Numbered from the whole stretch's first letter, positions 20,058-32,369 are shown. The stretch: DNA of 60,923 bases, filler included, from 6 parts of 6 records of this genome joined end to end with filler, not necessarily neighbours in it; one strand, 5' to 3'. Numbers and translations: made by a program. Notes: generated from the letters alone by a model not told the origin.

Positions 20058-20206
20058 ATCAGGGCGCGTTCGCGGGCGGTCAGGACCCTCGATTCGCTTT
20101 CGAACAAGTCGGCCACGGTTTCCGCCAGCGCACTCCGTCCCTCCACGGATTTCTGCCGGGCCAGACGGAGCAGTTGTTCGATTTCGATCTTGTCGTCTTT
20201 GTTCAT
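20058..20206 (-). CDS. DUF2336-like protein, N-terminal fragment
   Basis: MNKDDKIEIEQLLRLAR..S.EGR..LA..VADLF......LTARERAL resembles alphaproteobacterial DUF2336 N-termini. Confidence 0.55.
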
Positions 20207-20321
20207 TTGCCGTTCACGATGCAGATGCCTGGCAAAGATACGTGATCCGGCCCTCCTGTTTCTACAGGCTTGTTCCGGTTTGGTGAATTTCGATGCCAAA
20301 ACATGACCAAGAAGTTCGCCG

Positions 20322-20789
20322 TCAATGCTGTTTCAAAACATAGCGCAACAGTGTTCCCGACTGATCGTAGATTCCCGGTGCCGTGCTTTCCCGGGGGCCG
20401 GCAACGTTCAGAACGGAAACATCGCTGCGTTTCAGCCAGCCGGCAATATCCGACGGTTCGGGATCATCGCCAAGATCGACAAGCAGAAACGGGCGATGCA
20501 GTTTTTTCGCCATCTCGACGGTCAACGCGGTTCCGCCGGTTGGCCGGCCACGGGTCAAGATCAACGTTCCGTCCGAATCGCGGACATTTCGCATCGTCCG
20601 TTCGGGATAGTGGGCGGAGGAAGTCTCGGTCATACGGTATTTCTCCGGAAGCGGCCCGTCCTCGCTTCGCCGGCCGGCCGGGATCCAGCCGCCATGCGGG
20701 ATACCGAGGTCGATCGCGACATCCAGGGCGGCGCGGTCGACCCCGGTTTGGCCCCCGGAGACGATGCGTTCAAGCCCGATGGCGGTCAT
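20322..20789 (-). CDS. SLOG superfamily protein (circularly permuted YpsA / 'putative molybdenum carrier')
   Basis: IVSGGQTGVDRAALD, RT..NV.DSDGTL, GGT.LT and LNVAGPRES. Confidence 0.88.
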   Translation of the reverse strand: MTAIGLERIVSGGQTGVDRAALDVAIDLGIPHGGWIPAGRRSEDGPLPEKYRMTETSSAHYPERTMRNVRDSDGTLILTRGRPTGGTALTVEMAKKLHRPFLLVDLGDDPEPSDIAGWLKRSDVSVLNVAGPRESTAPGIYDQSGTLLRYVLKQH

Positions 20790-20790
20790 C

Positions 20791-21591
20791 TTATGCCGTT
20801 ACCGTTTCGCAGATGGCACCGGTTGCATCGAAGCAGGCTGCATTCAGCGGCCCGCCGAATCCACAACCGCCGTCCAACGAGGCGGTCGCGGTGCCGACTT
20901 CGATCCCCCGTCGGCGCAGATCGAAACCGCGAACGATCCGGGAGAACCCGCAAAACGGCTCTTCGATCGTATGGAAAGGGGTTGCCCCCCACCAGAAACT
21001 GTCGAACTGCTCCGACAGCGGCCGCGACACATCGATTCCGGCGCTGACCATCAGGATCGACCGGTCTTCGGAAAATGCGGCGCGGCGCAACGAGCTCATC
21101 AATGCGCTGTGTCCGTCGGCGGTGCGAATGGCCCGCCTCAGGCGGCCCGTCCATTCGGTGAGTGCAACCGCCCCCCTGCCGGCCGCATCAAGGCCTTCCT
21201 TTGCCGTCGATCCGTAGGCGCGGACCGAGGCCTCGGCGCCATGGTCGAACATCCAAGTCAGGACCTCGGATGGATTTATCGCGAACTGAATCTGCAGCAG
21301 CCTGTGCCACATCTCTTCCTGGCTGCCCCGAACGAAAGCGATTTCCGCGCAGTCGGCACCCGGCCGGGCGAGAATGGCGCGGCGGAAAAGAAGCACTTCC
21401 TGCACTGTTTCGAAAACAGCCGGACCGTAGCCGATGAGATTTCCGAGATAAACCAGGCAATCACCCGGTTCGATCAGATTGGCCAGTTCAGCATGCAACT
21501 GCCGAAGCTTCGACGCTTCGCCATGGACCGACGCCACGGCCCAGATACGCCGTCCCCCAGGCAAAACCGCGAATACATCCTTTTCCGGCAT
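20791..21591 (-). CDS. Metallophosphoesterase-fold protein with degenerate metal-binding motifs
   Basis: Spacing of ApaH/PrpA-type motifs is kept (AVASVHG, YLGNLIGYG, VRGSQE, VSAG, VRG, LDGG) but ligand residues are replaced. Confidence 0.8.
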   Translation of the reverse strand: MPEKDVFAVLPGGRRIWAVASVHGEASKLRQLHAELANLIEPGDCLVYLGNLIGYGPAVFETVQEVLLFRRAILARPGADCAEIAFVRGSQEEMWHRLLQIQFAINPSEVLTWMFDHGAEASVRAYGSTAKEGLDAAGRGAVALTEWTGRLRRAIRTADGHSALMSSLRRAAFSEDRSILMVSAGIDVSRPLSEQFDSFWWGATPFHTIEEPFCGFSRIVRGFDLRRRGIEVGTATASLDGGCGFGGPLNAACFDATGAICETVTA

Positions 21592-21681
21592 GCGGAATCA
21601 TTCCTCTATGCCAAAAGCGCTCCGGATCGAGAGCAACACGGAGCGCCCGGCAACAACCGCAGCGATTCGGCAAAAGGCAGT

Positions 21682-22179
21682 CTACGCCGCTACCAACATT
21701 TCTTCCAGTTTCTCGGCGGCTTTGTCGTGGTCGATTTTTTCGACAGCGGCAAGTTCGCAGACCAGTCGGTCAAGCGCGGCTTCGTAGATCTGACGTTCGC
21801 TAAAGGATTGGTCCGGCTGATCGACCTTGCGATGAAGGTCGCGGACCACTTCGGCGATGGAAATGGGATCGCCCGAGTTGATCTTCGCCTCGTATTCCTG
21901 GGCGCGGCGGCTCCACATCGTGCGTTTGACCCGGGCCCGGCCCTTCAGGCGGGTCAGGGCGTCTTTCATGACCTTCTGCGTACTCAGGCGCCGCAGACCC
22001 GATGTCGGGGCTTTCGACACGGGAACGCGCAATGTCATCCGGTCCCGCGTGAATTTGATCACGACAAGATCGAGATTGTGGCCGGCAATCTCGCGTTTTT
22101 CCACGCCTTCCACCCGGCCGACGCCGTGGGTGGGGTAGACAACCATATCGCCAGTCTTAAAGTCCATTTTCTCTGCCAT
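21682..22179 (-). CDS. carD: CarD/CdnL RNA polymerase-binding transcription factor
   Basis: FKTGDMVVYPTHGVG, WSRRAQEYEAKINSGD and AEVVRDL. Confidence 0.95.
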   Translation of the reverse strand: MAEKMDFKTGDMVVYPTHGVGRVEGVEKREIAGHNLDLVVIKFTRDRMTLRVPVSKAPTSGLRRLSTQKVMKDALTRLKGRARVKRTMWSRRAQEYEAKINSGDPISIAEVVRDLHRKVDQPDQSFSERQIYEAALDRLVCELAAVEKIDHDKAAEKLEEMLVAA

Positions 22180-22450
22180 GTTCTTTTTCATTCTCAAATG
22201 AAATGATGAAACCGACCCACACCGCACTAAGCGGCGCGCACCAAAATGCGAGCCACGAACGCGTGCCTCATCAGTTGCAAATGCTTTAGGGTATCAACCC
22301 CTCGGGTACCGAACGCCACCGGCTACCCCAAACAGCAAAAACAGGCCCAATTCGGGCCAGTTCCACTGAATATATAACATAAAACTGTCAAAAAACCTAC
22401 CCCCGGACCTCTTTTTCTTTGATTCAAGGAGCGGAGATTGTTTTTGGCGT

Positions 22451-22792
22451 CTACGATCCCTTGCCGGGATTATCGCTCAAATACTGCAGTTTATCGGGTT
22501 TGTCTTTCCACTCGTCGGATTCCGGAAGAGGGTCGCCCTTGCGTGTGATGTTGGGCCAGGCCTTTTCCTGCGAGAAGGCCCGGTTCCGTTCCATCCACTC
22601 CTCGATTCCGGGTTCGGTATCCGGAACGATCGCCTCGGCCGGGCATTCGGGTTCGCAAACGCCGCAATCGATGCATTCATCCGGATTGATCGCGAGAAAG
22701 TTCTCGCCCTCATAAAAACAGTCGACCGGACATACCTCGACGCAGTCCATGAATTTGCACTTAATACAGTTTTCAGTGACGACGTACGTCAT
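22451..22792 (-). CDS. fdxA: 7Fe ferredoxin (FdxA type)
   Basis: [26 protein letters not shown] and [12 protein letters not shown]. Confidence 0.95.
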   Translation of the reverse strand: MTYVVTENCIKCKFMDCVEVCPVDCFYEGENFLAINPDECIDCGVCEPECPAEAIVPDTEPGIEEWMERNRAFSQEKAWPNITRKGDPLPESDEWKDKPDKLQYLSDNPGKGS

Positions 22793-22836
22793 GAGAATCC
22801 CATTCCTTAAAAATCCCGCACCGCGATACGGATTGA

Positions 22837-23313
22837 TTACTTAGGCGAACCACCTCCGGTGTCAAGCCGGGACAGCACTCTTTGCCGCGCTTCGCCGCTT
22901 TCCTTGTCGGAAACATACAGCAATCCGGCCACCCGGCGGGCCAATCCCGCCTCATAGTCATGCAGGCTGCCGTCGGCATAGGCGACCTGCCACAACAATT
23001 CGAGAATCGCCCCGCGTTCGTCGGGTTCCAGTCGGTCTTTGATGGTTCGGGTGAAACCGTACAGTTCGACCGATTCGGCGACAGCCGTTTCCGCTTTTTC
23101 GATCAACGCGGCGGTCTCGGTCTCGTCAAGCCCGAAGTGCTGCCCAAGGCCGCCGGCTATGGAGTCGCGTTCCGAAGTTTCGAAATGGCCGTCAAGGACG
23201 GCCGCCTCGACCAGCAAGGCGGCCGCGGCCAGATGAAGATCGTCGGTTTCGGTATCGGCGCCGGATTTGGACGCTTCCGTACCGAACATCAGTTTTCTTA
23301 GTCCAGCTATCAT
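22837..23313 (-). CDS. TerB-family (tellurite resistance-like) protein
   Basis: [16 protein letters not shown] and [12 protein letters not shown]...RRVA.LL.V. Confidence 0.85.
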   Translation of the reverse strand: MIAGLRKLMFGTEASKSGADTETDDLHLAAAALLVEAAVLDGHFETSERDSIAGGLGQHFGLDETETAALIEKAETAVAESVELYGFTRTIKDRLEPDERGAILELLWQVAYADGSLHDYEAGLARRVAGLLYVSDKESGEARQRVLSRLDTGGGSPK

Positions 23314-23384
23314 CGCGGTTGACTAGCATATCGCCGATGAATCGGGCAATAGAGCATCATTTGCCCGGGCCTGCCGAGGTCCGC

Positions 23385-23963
23385 TCAAGAGCCCTTTTGG
23401 CGAAGCCGTTTTTCGGCATTGCGAAATGTCGCGAAGGCGTCTGGGAACTCGGCAAGCGAAAAAAAGCGCTCCCGCGCCGTCAATCCGCCGGGTTCGAAGA
23501 AACGGACAACCAGGCTGCGACCGGTTGCCATCTGTCCGACGATTCCGGCCGCCGCCGGTCCCCGCCAATCGGCTTCGCCGCCCCGGGCCGCCTGCGCCGA
23601 ATGGGGCGGATGGGTGTCGATCCGCAGGGATACGGGCCGATCCGTATCGACGACATGGTGAATGAACAGACGAACCGCGGGGCGGTCATCGTCATCGGCG
23701 GAAATTTCGATACGCGCCCGAACGCCGACCGGCGACGGCGCCATCGCCGGGGCCGGCGCGCCAAGGACACAGGCCTGCCTTCCCGTCGGCTCGTCGCGGG
23801 CGCAAACCACGCTCCATTCACCAAAGGAGCGCATGAACAGGACATACGCGGCGTCGACCCCGGTCGTTGCCAACAAGGACATGATGAGTGCCGCCACAAA
23901 GGCCGCCGCCGGTACGTAATCGTGCGGGCTCGACAGTCCGCGTCGGTTCATGGACAGGTTCAT
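23385..23963 (-). CDS. Invasion-associated locus B (IalB)-like exported protein
   Basis: Signal peptide, then FGEWSVVC...C and C-terminal M..G..L.V...FSL..F..A. ATG at 23963 overlaps the hslR stop (ATGA). Confidence 0.65.
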   Translation of the reverse strand: MNLSMNRRGLSSPHDYVPAAAFVAALIMSLLATTGVDAAYVLFMRSFGEWSVVCARDEPTGRQACVLGAPAPAMAPSPVGVRARIEISADDDDRPAVRLFIHHVVDTDRPVSLRIDTHPPHSAQAARGGEADWRGPAAAGIVGQMATGRSLVVRFFEPGGLTARERFFSLAEFPDAFATFRNAEKRLRQKGS

Positions 23964-24343
23964 TGGTCGCTTCGCAATCGGTCGATGGCCCGGCGATCGG
24001 CCTTGGTCGGCCGGCCGGTGCCGCGTTCGCGTGTCGGCACACCCGTGACCACGGGCGACGACGATCGTTTTTCCGGCGGCGGTTGCAGGTCTTCGTAAAG
24101 CGTCATGGCCTCTGCCGCCGGCCCACGCCGGGTGCCGACGGCGACGACCCTTATGACCCGGATCTCGCGGCCCTGGGGAAACGTAAGCACGTCGCCCGGT
24201 CTTACGGTTTGGTGGCTTTTCGCGATGGATTCGCCGTTCAGCCGGACCTTTCCGCCGGCGCACAGTTTCGTCGCAAGTGTTCGGCTTTTGAAAAAACGGG
24301 CAAACCAAAGCCATTTGTCGATGCGGATGGACGGCTCGCTCAT
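23960..24343 (-). CDS. hslR: RNA-binding S4 domain protein (Hsp15 type)
   Basis: RIDKWLWFARFFKSR, RRGPA.EA..LY and GRPTK.DRR; start overlaps the helicase stop. Confidence 0.9.
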   Translation of the reverse strand: MSEPSIRIDKWLWFARFFKSRTLATKLCAGGKVRLNGESIAKSHQTVRPGDVLTFPQGREIRVIRVVAVGTRRGPAAEAMTLYEDLQPPPEKRSSSPVVTGVPTRERGTGRPTKADRRAIDRLRSDQ

Positions 24344-26847
24344 CGTGAATTGACCAAATCCTGAAGCCCGGCAAAAGGCGAATCCGGCCGCGGCCGCCGT
24401 CCCTTTGCCGGATCTTTGCGAACCTGGGTTTGGCGACGGCGCTTTTTTGCCGGCGAGTAGGTTGCTTCCGCATCCCTCGACGCCCGTTGAAATCCAATCG
24501 CCGCCATCACCTCTTCGATATCGTCGGCACCGCAGCCCGCCAGGTTCAGGATATCCGGTTTTATGGCGAAAGGTCCCTTGGCGGCCAGGGTCCAGGCCCG
24601 TTCGGCCAGACGTTCCAGGATGTCCACCCGCAAGGCCAGTTTGCCGGTCGGGACATAACCCGCCGCCACATAGAATTCCCTGGCGATGCCATCGGCAACC
24701 GGCACCGAAACCCGCCCGGTCGGAATATGGGCCGGCGGTTCCGGGCTTTCGGAATGGATTGCCCACAACAAAAGGCGCGCTTCGACGGCCGCCGGTTTGC
24801 CGAGATCCGGCATGAAAACGTAATGGCGGCCGATGCGCACACCGAGACGCCGGACGGCCCGGCGGCCGTCGGTACCAAGGGCCTTGATCTGCGGTTCCAG
24901 CAATCGGCGCGGGGCCGATCCCAGCCATTCGGCCAATTGGAAGGCCAAACCGCGCGCCGGCGCCGGCAATTCTGCGTCGCGCAGTTTCAGCAGCGGGCCA
25001 AGCCGCCGTTCCAGATGGGTGCGTAGCCAGGTCTCGATCCGCCGCCGGACCCGTTCGCGGTTTTCCGAATCCAGCAGGTCGCTGGTCAAGGGGTCGATGA
25101 TGGGTTCCAGAATGCCGGATCCCTTGGCCAGACGGGCGACGGTTTCGTCCCGCCACAGGACGGCGGCACCCGGTCCCAACGAAAAAGCATCGTCGGATTC
25201 GGTCTCAAAACGCGCGACGCGGCGCCCGACGTCGCTGCGCAGGGCTTTCAGCGCCGCATTCGTGGCGGCGCGCCGGGCGTTCGGGTCGCGATCGCCATCA
25301 TCGGGGGTGAACCTGAAACCCTTCAGGCGCCCGACGAAATGGCCTTCGACAACGACGTCGCCCTTATTCGTAACGGCGGCAATCAGGTCGTCGTTTTCCT
25401 TCAGGCGGCGAACCAGGGTTGTCGTGCGTTTGTCGACGAACCGTTGGGTCAGTCTTTCGTGCAGCGCATCCGACAGGCGATCCTCGACGGCGCGGGCGCG
25501 TTCCTGCCAATGGCCGGCATCTTCCAGCCAGTTGCCGCGAAACGAAACATAGGTCCAGGTCCGGATATTGGCGATGCGTTGGGCCAGGGTTTCGATATCG
25601 CCGTCGGTCCGGTCGACCCGGGCCAGATTGCCGGCCACCCAATCCGTCGGCAAACGTCCCGGGCCCGATCGCAGATGGGTGAAAATCCGGGCCAGAAGCC
25701 GGGCATGGGCATCGCTCATGACCTTGCCGAAATCGGGGATCTGGCAGACTTCCCACAGCAGCGACACGGCTTCCGGGGTCGATGCCAGCGCCGAAATTTG
25801 CGGGTCTTTCGCCAGGGCATCCAGCGCCAGTTCGTCGTCGGCGGCCCGCGCCCGGATCAGGCCGGGGTGGTCGGGGGATTTGATCAGGCTGGATTTAAGC
25901 GCCGCCAGCGATGTCCGCCGCAGCCGCGAATTGCGCCAGTACAGGAATTTCAAATTGTCGAAGCTGTGGTTTTCGATCTGCGCCGCCACCTCGGGGTCGA
26001 TCGGTTTGGAATCAGCCGTCGTGCCGAAGGTGCCGTTGTTCATGTGGCGGCCGGCCCTGCCGGCGATCTGGGCCAGTTCGGCCGGGATCAGTTGGCGCGG
26101 AATCCGCCCGTCGAACTTGCGCGTCTGTGCAAACGCGACATGATCGACATCCATGTTCAGGCCCATGCCGATGGCGTCCGTCGCCACCAGATAGTCGACC
26201 TCGCCGGCCTGATACATGGTGACCTGGGCATTGCGGGTGCGCGGGCTCAGCGCACCGAGGACAACGGCGGCGCCGCCGCGGTGGCGCCGGACCATTTCGG
26301 CAATGGCATAAACATCGGCGGCCGAGAAGGCGACGATTGCGGACCTTGCCGGCAGGCGCGTGATCTTGTGGCCGCCGGTCCAGCTCAGCGTCGAAAACCG
26401 GTTCCGCGTTTCGAATATGGTTTCCGGAACCAGTTTCCGGATCAACGGCTTGACCGTCTCGGCCCCCATGAACATGGTTTCCGATCTGCCGCGGGCGTGC
26501 AGAAGCCGGTCCGTAAAGATGTGCCCGCGGTCGGGATCGGCGCACATCTGGATCTCATCGACTCCCAGGAAAGCGACCTGCCGGTCGACCGGCATGGATT
26601 CGACGGTGCACAGGAAATAGCGCGCGCCGGGAGGCAGGATCTTTTCTTCGCCGGTCATCAGGGCGACCTGGTTTTTACCCCGGATGCGGATCGCACGTTC
26701 GTAGTTTTCGCGCGCCAGCAGGCGCAGCGGAAACCCGATCATGCCCGATTCGAAACCAAGCATGCGTTCCATGGCCAGATGCGTCTTGCCCGTATTGGTC
26801 GGGCCGAGGACGGCAATGACGCGCGATTTGTCCGATGAAAACTGCAT
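24340..26847 (-). CDS. SUV3-like SF2 helicase (alphaproteobacterial MgpS type)
   Basis: LGPTNTGKT, PLRLLARE, DEIQ, ATDAIGMGLN and QIAGRAGR. Confidence 0.92.
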   Translation of the reverse strand: MQFSSDKSRVIAVLGPTNTGKTHLAMERMLGFESGMIGFPLRLLARENYERAIRIRGKNQVALMTGEEKILPPGARYFLCTVESMPVDRQVAFLGVDEIQMCADPDRGHIFTDRLLHARGRSETMFMGAETVKPLIRKLVPETIFETRNRFSTLSWTGGHKITRLPARSAIVAFSAADVYAIAEMVRRHRGGAAVVLGALSPRTRNAQVTMYQAGEVDYLVATDAIGMGLNMDVDHVAFAQTRKFDGRIPRQLIPAELAQIAGRAGRHMNNGTFGTTADSKPIDPEVAAQIENHSFDNLKFLYWRNSRLRRTSLAALKSSLIKSPDHPGLIRARAADDELALDALAKDPQISALASTPEAVSLLWEVCQIPDFGKVMSDAHARLLARIFTHLRSGPGRLPTDWVAGNLARVDRTDGDIETLAQRIANIRTWTYVSFRGNWLEDAGHWQERARAVEDRLSDALHERLTQRFVDKRTTTLVRRLKENDDLIAAVTNKGDVVVEGHFVGRLKGFRFTPDDGDRDPNARRAATNAALKALRSDVGRRVARFETESDDAFSLGPGAAVLWRDETVARLAKGSGILEPIIDPLTSDLLDSENRERVRRRIETWLRTHLERRLGPLLKLRDAELPAPARGLAFQLAEWLGSAPRRLLEPQIKALGTDGRRAVRRLGVRIGRHYVFMPDLGKPAAVEARLLLWAIHSESPEPPAHIPTGRVSVPVADGIAREFYVAAGYVPTGKLALRVDILERLAERAWTLAAKGPFAIKPDILNLAGCGADDIEEVMAAIGFQRASRDAEATYSPAKKRRRQTQVRKDPAKGRRPRPDSPFAGLQDLVNSR

Positions 26848-26937
26848 AATTCGAAAGATCGCGGCTTTGGCCGGCGATTGCAACCGCCGACGGCTCAAGG
26901 GCGGACCGTCGGGCTCGGGTTTCCGCCGACGGCGCAA

Positions 26938-27981
26938 CTATTCCGACGGATGAAGGGGGTTTTCTTTCGTCTCGGTCTGGGCGCTTCCGCGCAGTTCGGC
27001 GGCGATTTCTTCGGGCAGCGGGAACCAGCGAAGGCTCTCCAGATCGCCGGTGAGGCTGACCGGCCGCTCGGCCTGGATGTCCCCGGCTTGGGCGGCGATC
27101 GATCGGGCCTCGTCGATATAGGTCGCAAGGATCGACGCCGGCGCGCAGGTTCGCTGCCAACGATAGCTGAGCCGCCCGTCCTCATATTTGACGTCGTCCA
27201 ATCCGGGAACCTCGGCCGGCTTTGCGTTGCGGTGCAGCCAGCGCCCGGAATCGGCATCGAAGCTGTAGTCGGGAAGAAGCTTCCAGCCGTCGGTGGCGAT
27301 CCACGACACCGCGTCGAGGATAAATTGGAAGATGTCCTCGGTCAGGAAGTAGTTGAAGTTGACCCGCACCCAGCCGGGCTTGATGCCTTCGCAACCGTGC
27401 AGGATCGCCGCTTCGAAGCGCTTCGACATCGGCCGGTCGATTCCCAAAAGCCGGTGCCCGTAAGGTCCGGCACAGGAACAGCCACCGCGCGCCTGAATGC
27501 CGAACAGGTCGTTCAGCAGGGCGACGATGAAATCATGGTGCAGGTAGCGGTTGCCGTGGCGGACCATGAACGAGACGATGGACAGGCGTTCGGCCTTGAG
27601 ATTGCCGAGAAGCTCGATGTTGGGGTTCGCCCGCCAGGTTTCGACGGCGCGCTGGATGAACGACTCCTCGCGCTCGCGGATCAGATCGGTTCCGACCGCT
27701 TCCTTCAGCTGAAAGACCAGACCGGCCCGGATCGATTCCAGGATCGCCGGCGTGCCGCCTTCTTCGCGGTGTTCCGGGTCTTTGATGTACTTGTGTTCGT
27801 CCTCGTTGACGTAGGCCACCGTGCCGCCGCCGGGCCGGGCCGGAACCCGGTTGGTCAGCAGGTGTCTTTTGACCGCCAATATGCCTGGCGTGCCGGGGCC
27901 GCCGATGAACTTGTGCGGCGACAGGAAAACCGCGTCCTTGCCGTCGATGGCGCCGTCTTCGCCTTCGCCGCTCGGCGCCAT
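26938..27981 (-). CDS. Aminotransferase class V-fold PLP enzyme (cysteine desulfurase-like), 5'-truncated
   Basis: SPHKFIGGPG, EEGGTP, LNDLFGIQARGGCSCAGPY and KPGWVR. Confidence 0.9.
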   Translation of the reverse strand: MAPSGEGEDGAIDGKDAVFLSPHKFIGGPGTPGILAVKRHLLTNRVPARPGGGTVAYVNEDEHKYIKDPEHREEGGTPAILESIRAGLVFQLKEAVGTDLIREREESFIQRAVETWRANPNIELLGNLKAERLSIVSFMVRHGNRYLHHDFIVALLNDLFGIQARGGCSCAGPYGHRLLGIDRPMSKRFEAAILHGCEGIKPGWVRVNFNYFLTEDIFQFILDAVSWIATDGWKLLPDYSFDADSGRWLHRNAKPAEVPGLDDVKYEDGRLSYRWQRTCAPASILATYIDEARSIAAQAGDIQAERPVSLTGDLESLRWFPLPEEIAAELRGSAQTETKENPLHPSE

Positions 27982-28081
27982 NNNNNNNNNNNNNNNNNNN
28001 NNNNNNNNNNNNNNNNNNNNNNNNNTTAATTAATTAANNNNNNNNNNNNNNNNNNNNNNNNNNNNNNNNNNNNNNNNNNNN
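27982..28081. other. Artificial contig spacer
   Basis: N44-TTAATTAATTAA-N44. Confidence 0.98.
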
Positions 28082-30900
28082 TCGATTTTTGAAAAATCGA
28101 GAATATCGTTGATGATGGTCAGCAGGATTTCCCCTGAGGATTCGAATATATTGACGTATTCGCCCTGCTCGTCGGAGAGGTCGGTATTCTTAAGCAGATC
28201 GGCAACCCCCAGAATGGAGTTCAGGGGAGTGCGTATTTCATGACTCATACTGGCGAGGAAGGCACTTTTGGCTTCGTTGGCTTCCTCGGTTTTCAGGATG
28301 GCCTGTTCTAGTCTTTTTTCTGTCTTTTTGTGCTCCTCAATCTCCTGATTAAGGTCAGCTGTCCTGCTTTCCACTTCTTCCGCCAGCCTTTCTTTTTGTT
28401 TTTCTACAGCTCTGGTACGTTGGCGTACAATGAGGACGAATAATATGAGGGCCAAAACTCCTAATACGGCTTTGAACCATAAGGTCTTCCAAAACGGAGG
28501 GATGATGGTCAGTTTCAAGCTGGCACCTTTTTCATTCCAGATGCCGTCGCTATTTGAGCCTCGGACCCTGAAGACGTAGCTGCCTTGATCGAAGTTGGTG
28601 AATGTGGCTGTGGCGTCAGGGGAGTCTATCCATTCATTGTTGAAGCCTTCAAGCTTGTATTGGTATTTGTTCAGCTTTGGGTTCTGATAGTCGAGGGCCG
28701 CGAACTGGAAGCTGAACATGGCGTCTTTCCATGATAGGGTTACCCGATCAGAGTCTGTTATGTTTGTTTTCAGGTCGGTTGGTGCTCCCATGGTTGTCAG
28801 GCCGGTGATGACTACCGGAGGGGGAGTCATGTTGATTTTTATGTTGCGGGGATCAAACATATTCAGACCTTTCAATCCGCCGAAGTACATTTTTCCGCTT
28901 TGGCCCATGTTGTATGAATTAATCCAGAATTCAATGCCTTGGAGACCGTCTGAGGGGCCGAAGTTCCAAACCTTGCCGCTGACCGGATCAAGGCGGGAGA
29001 TGCCTTTGAAGGTAGAGACCCAGACATGCCCTTTGCTGTCAAGGCAGAGTCCTTGGATTCCGTCATTAGCAAGTCCGTTTGCTTCGGTGTAGCGGGTGAA
29101 TATGCCGCTTTGGGGATCAAACCTGTTCAGGCCGGAGTCAGTGCCCAGCCATAGTGAGCCGTCAGCCGCTTCAGCTATGGGGGTTACCCGGTTGTTGGAT
29201 AGTGATTGCGGATTGCCCGGTTCATGGCGAAAATGCTTGAAGGTGCCCTTTTTGCGGTCCATGAGGTTCAGTCCGGCATTAGTACAGACCCAGAAGTTGT
29301 TGTTACTGTCCTCGAAAATATTGCGGACCCTTTTGTGGCCGAGGCTGGTTGGGTCGGAATCTGAGTGGTTGTAGCGCTTGAATTCTTCGGTTTTGTGGTC
29401 AAGACGGTTGAGACCTTTTTTGCTGGTCCCGATCCAGATGTAGCCCATGCTGCCTTCGTATATCCACCAGATATTGTTCTGGCTCAGGGAATTGGGGTTT
29501 TTCTTCTCCCATTTATATCTTTTGACTATTCCTTTACCCTTCTCGATTACGAATACACCTTTTTTGCGGGTTCCGACCCAGATGAGACCGGAGTTGTCTT
29601 GAAAAATACAGTTAACTCTGTTGCCGGAAAGTTTCCATGGTGAAGCAGATTTTGTGCTGTAGGATTTGATCTCACCGGTTCGGGAATCATAGGTGTTGAG
29701 TCCGTTTTTATAGGTCCCGATCCAGAGTAATCCTTCCCTGTCTTCAAGTATTGCGCTGACTTCAAGTCCAGATAGGGTGTTTTTTTTCCAAGGTTGGCGG
29801 TTCAGGATGCCGAAGGCCTGCATTTTCGGGGGCAGTTTGCTCAGCCCGTCGGTATAGGTTCCAACCCAAATGACGCCGGAGTTGTCTTCCAGTACTTTGG
29901 TTACCTTGTTACTGCTCAGGCTCTGGTGGTCAAGCTGGTTGTTTTTGAAGAAATCAAATTCCATTTCTTCCGGAACAGCCGATGCGGTTGCCGGATTTCT
30001 TTTGCCTAATCCTTCAAGGGTGCCGATCCAGAGGTTTCCTGAGCGGTCCTGGTAAATGTCATTTATTTCAAGAGAGCGAAACAGGGTTTTGAATTTTTCT
30101 TGGCGGACATCGAGAATAGAGATTCCCTTTTTGGTTCCTACCCACATTTCGTTTTTATTTTGTTGGTAAAAGCAGAGTACGGTGTTGTCGCAGAGGCTGC
30201 TTTTATCTTCCGGATCATTCAGGTAAGTTTTGAATTTCTTATGTTTATTATCGAAGAGGTTCAATCCTATAGCTGTGCCAACCCATATATTTCCTTGAAG
30301 ATCTTCATAAATGGATCTGACTTCATCATGGCTGAGATTGCCCGGCTGTTCAGAACGTTGAAAACGGGTGAACGTTTCTGTGTTGCGGTTAAAGAGGTTT
30401 ACTCCTGTGTGGGTCCCAACCCATAAACGTCCTTTTGAGTCTTCGAATATTGCGCTTACATTTTTACCGGAAAGTGAATCAGAATATCCAGGGATTGGCT
30501 GGTAGTTCTTGAAACTGTCAGTAAGGCGTTCATAACGGTTTAATCCACCTCCTTTTGTGCCGACCCATAAGACCCCGGCTTTGTCTTCGTAAAGTGCGCG
30601 GATGTTTCCATCGGAAAGCGTTCCCTTTTCTGTGCCACCTTTGTATACTTTTATATTCCTGCCGTCGTATCGGTTCAATCCGTCATAGGTTCCGAACCAA
30701 AGAAAGCCCCGTGAATCTTGGAGCATGCACAGAATGGACGATTGTGACAGCCCTTCGTTTAACGAAAGGCGATCAAATCTCAATTCTTCCTGAAAAGCGA
30801 AGGAAGGGATTATAGAAATAAGGAAGAATATCAGTATCCCTGTGGTTATGGTCGCAAATCTGATGTTCAGTGACATGCGCAAATACCTGTGCTGTTGCAA
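28082..30900 (-). CDS. Sensor histidine kinase with periplasmic Reg_prop beta-propellers and Y_Y_Y domain, 3'-truncated
   Basis: About 14 repeats of S.N.V..I.ED..G.LW(I/V)GT..GL, then YQYKLEGF..W, a TM helix and His[16 protein letters not shown]. Alternative start ATG 30876. Confidence 0.92.
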
Positions 30901-30929
30901 GAAGTTGAAAACAGGATGTTTATTGTCGT

Positions 30930-32129
<1,200 letters not shown>

Positions 32130-32369
32130 TGTGTACCCTCCATTTTTGACTTTATCTTTCTATATAAGACACGCCCGTTTTTGTCAGCCATCTTTTTGAT
32201 TTATAATATATTCTGAACCGTTTGACAGAATTAAATTTGTAAATGCGAGTAAATTAATAATAAAAAAGTGGTTATTTTTTTTGGGAAAGGGTTATTTTAT
32301 ATCCAAAGAAGTATTATGATGGAGTTATTAATGGTTAGTGTCTCATAAAAATATGGTCTGGAGGCAATA

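Noticed and set aside
23385-25156. Track ORFs 23385-24497 and 23960-25156 as long overlapping genes
   Set aside because: Only their 3' parts look coding; starts at 23963 and 24343 give clean ATGA overlaps.
20270-28029. Many long plus-strand ORFs (e.g. 20764-22206, 25339-26838, 26878-28029)
   Set aside because: Antisense shadows of well-supported minus-strand genes in high-GC DNA; Arg/Pro/Gly-rich with no motifs.
28900-30800. Periodic DNA similarity in the sensor kinase
   Set aside because: Explained by beta-propeller protein repeats; not a CRISPR array or DNA repeat.
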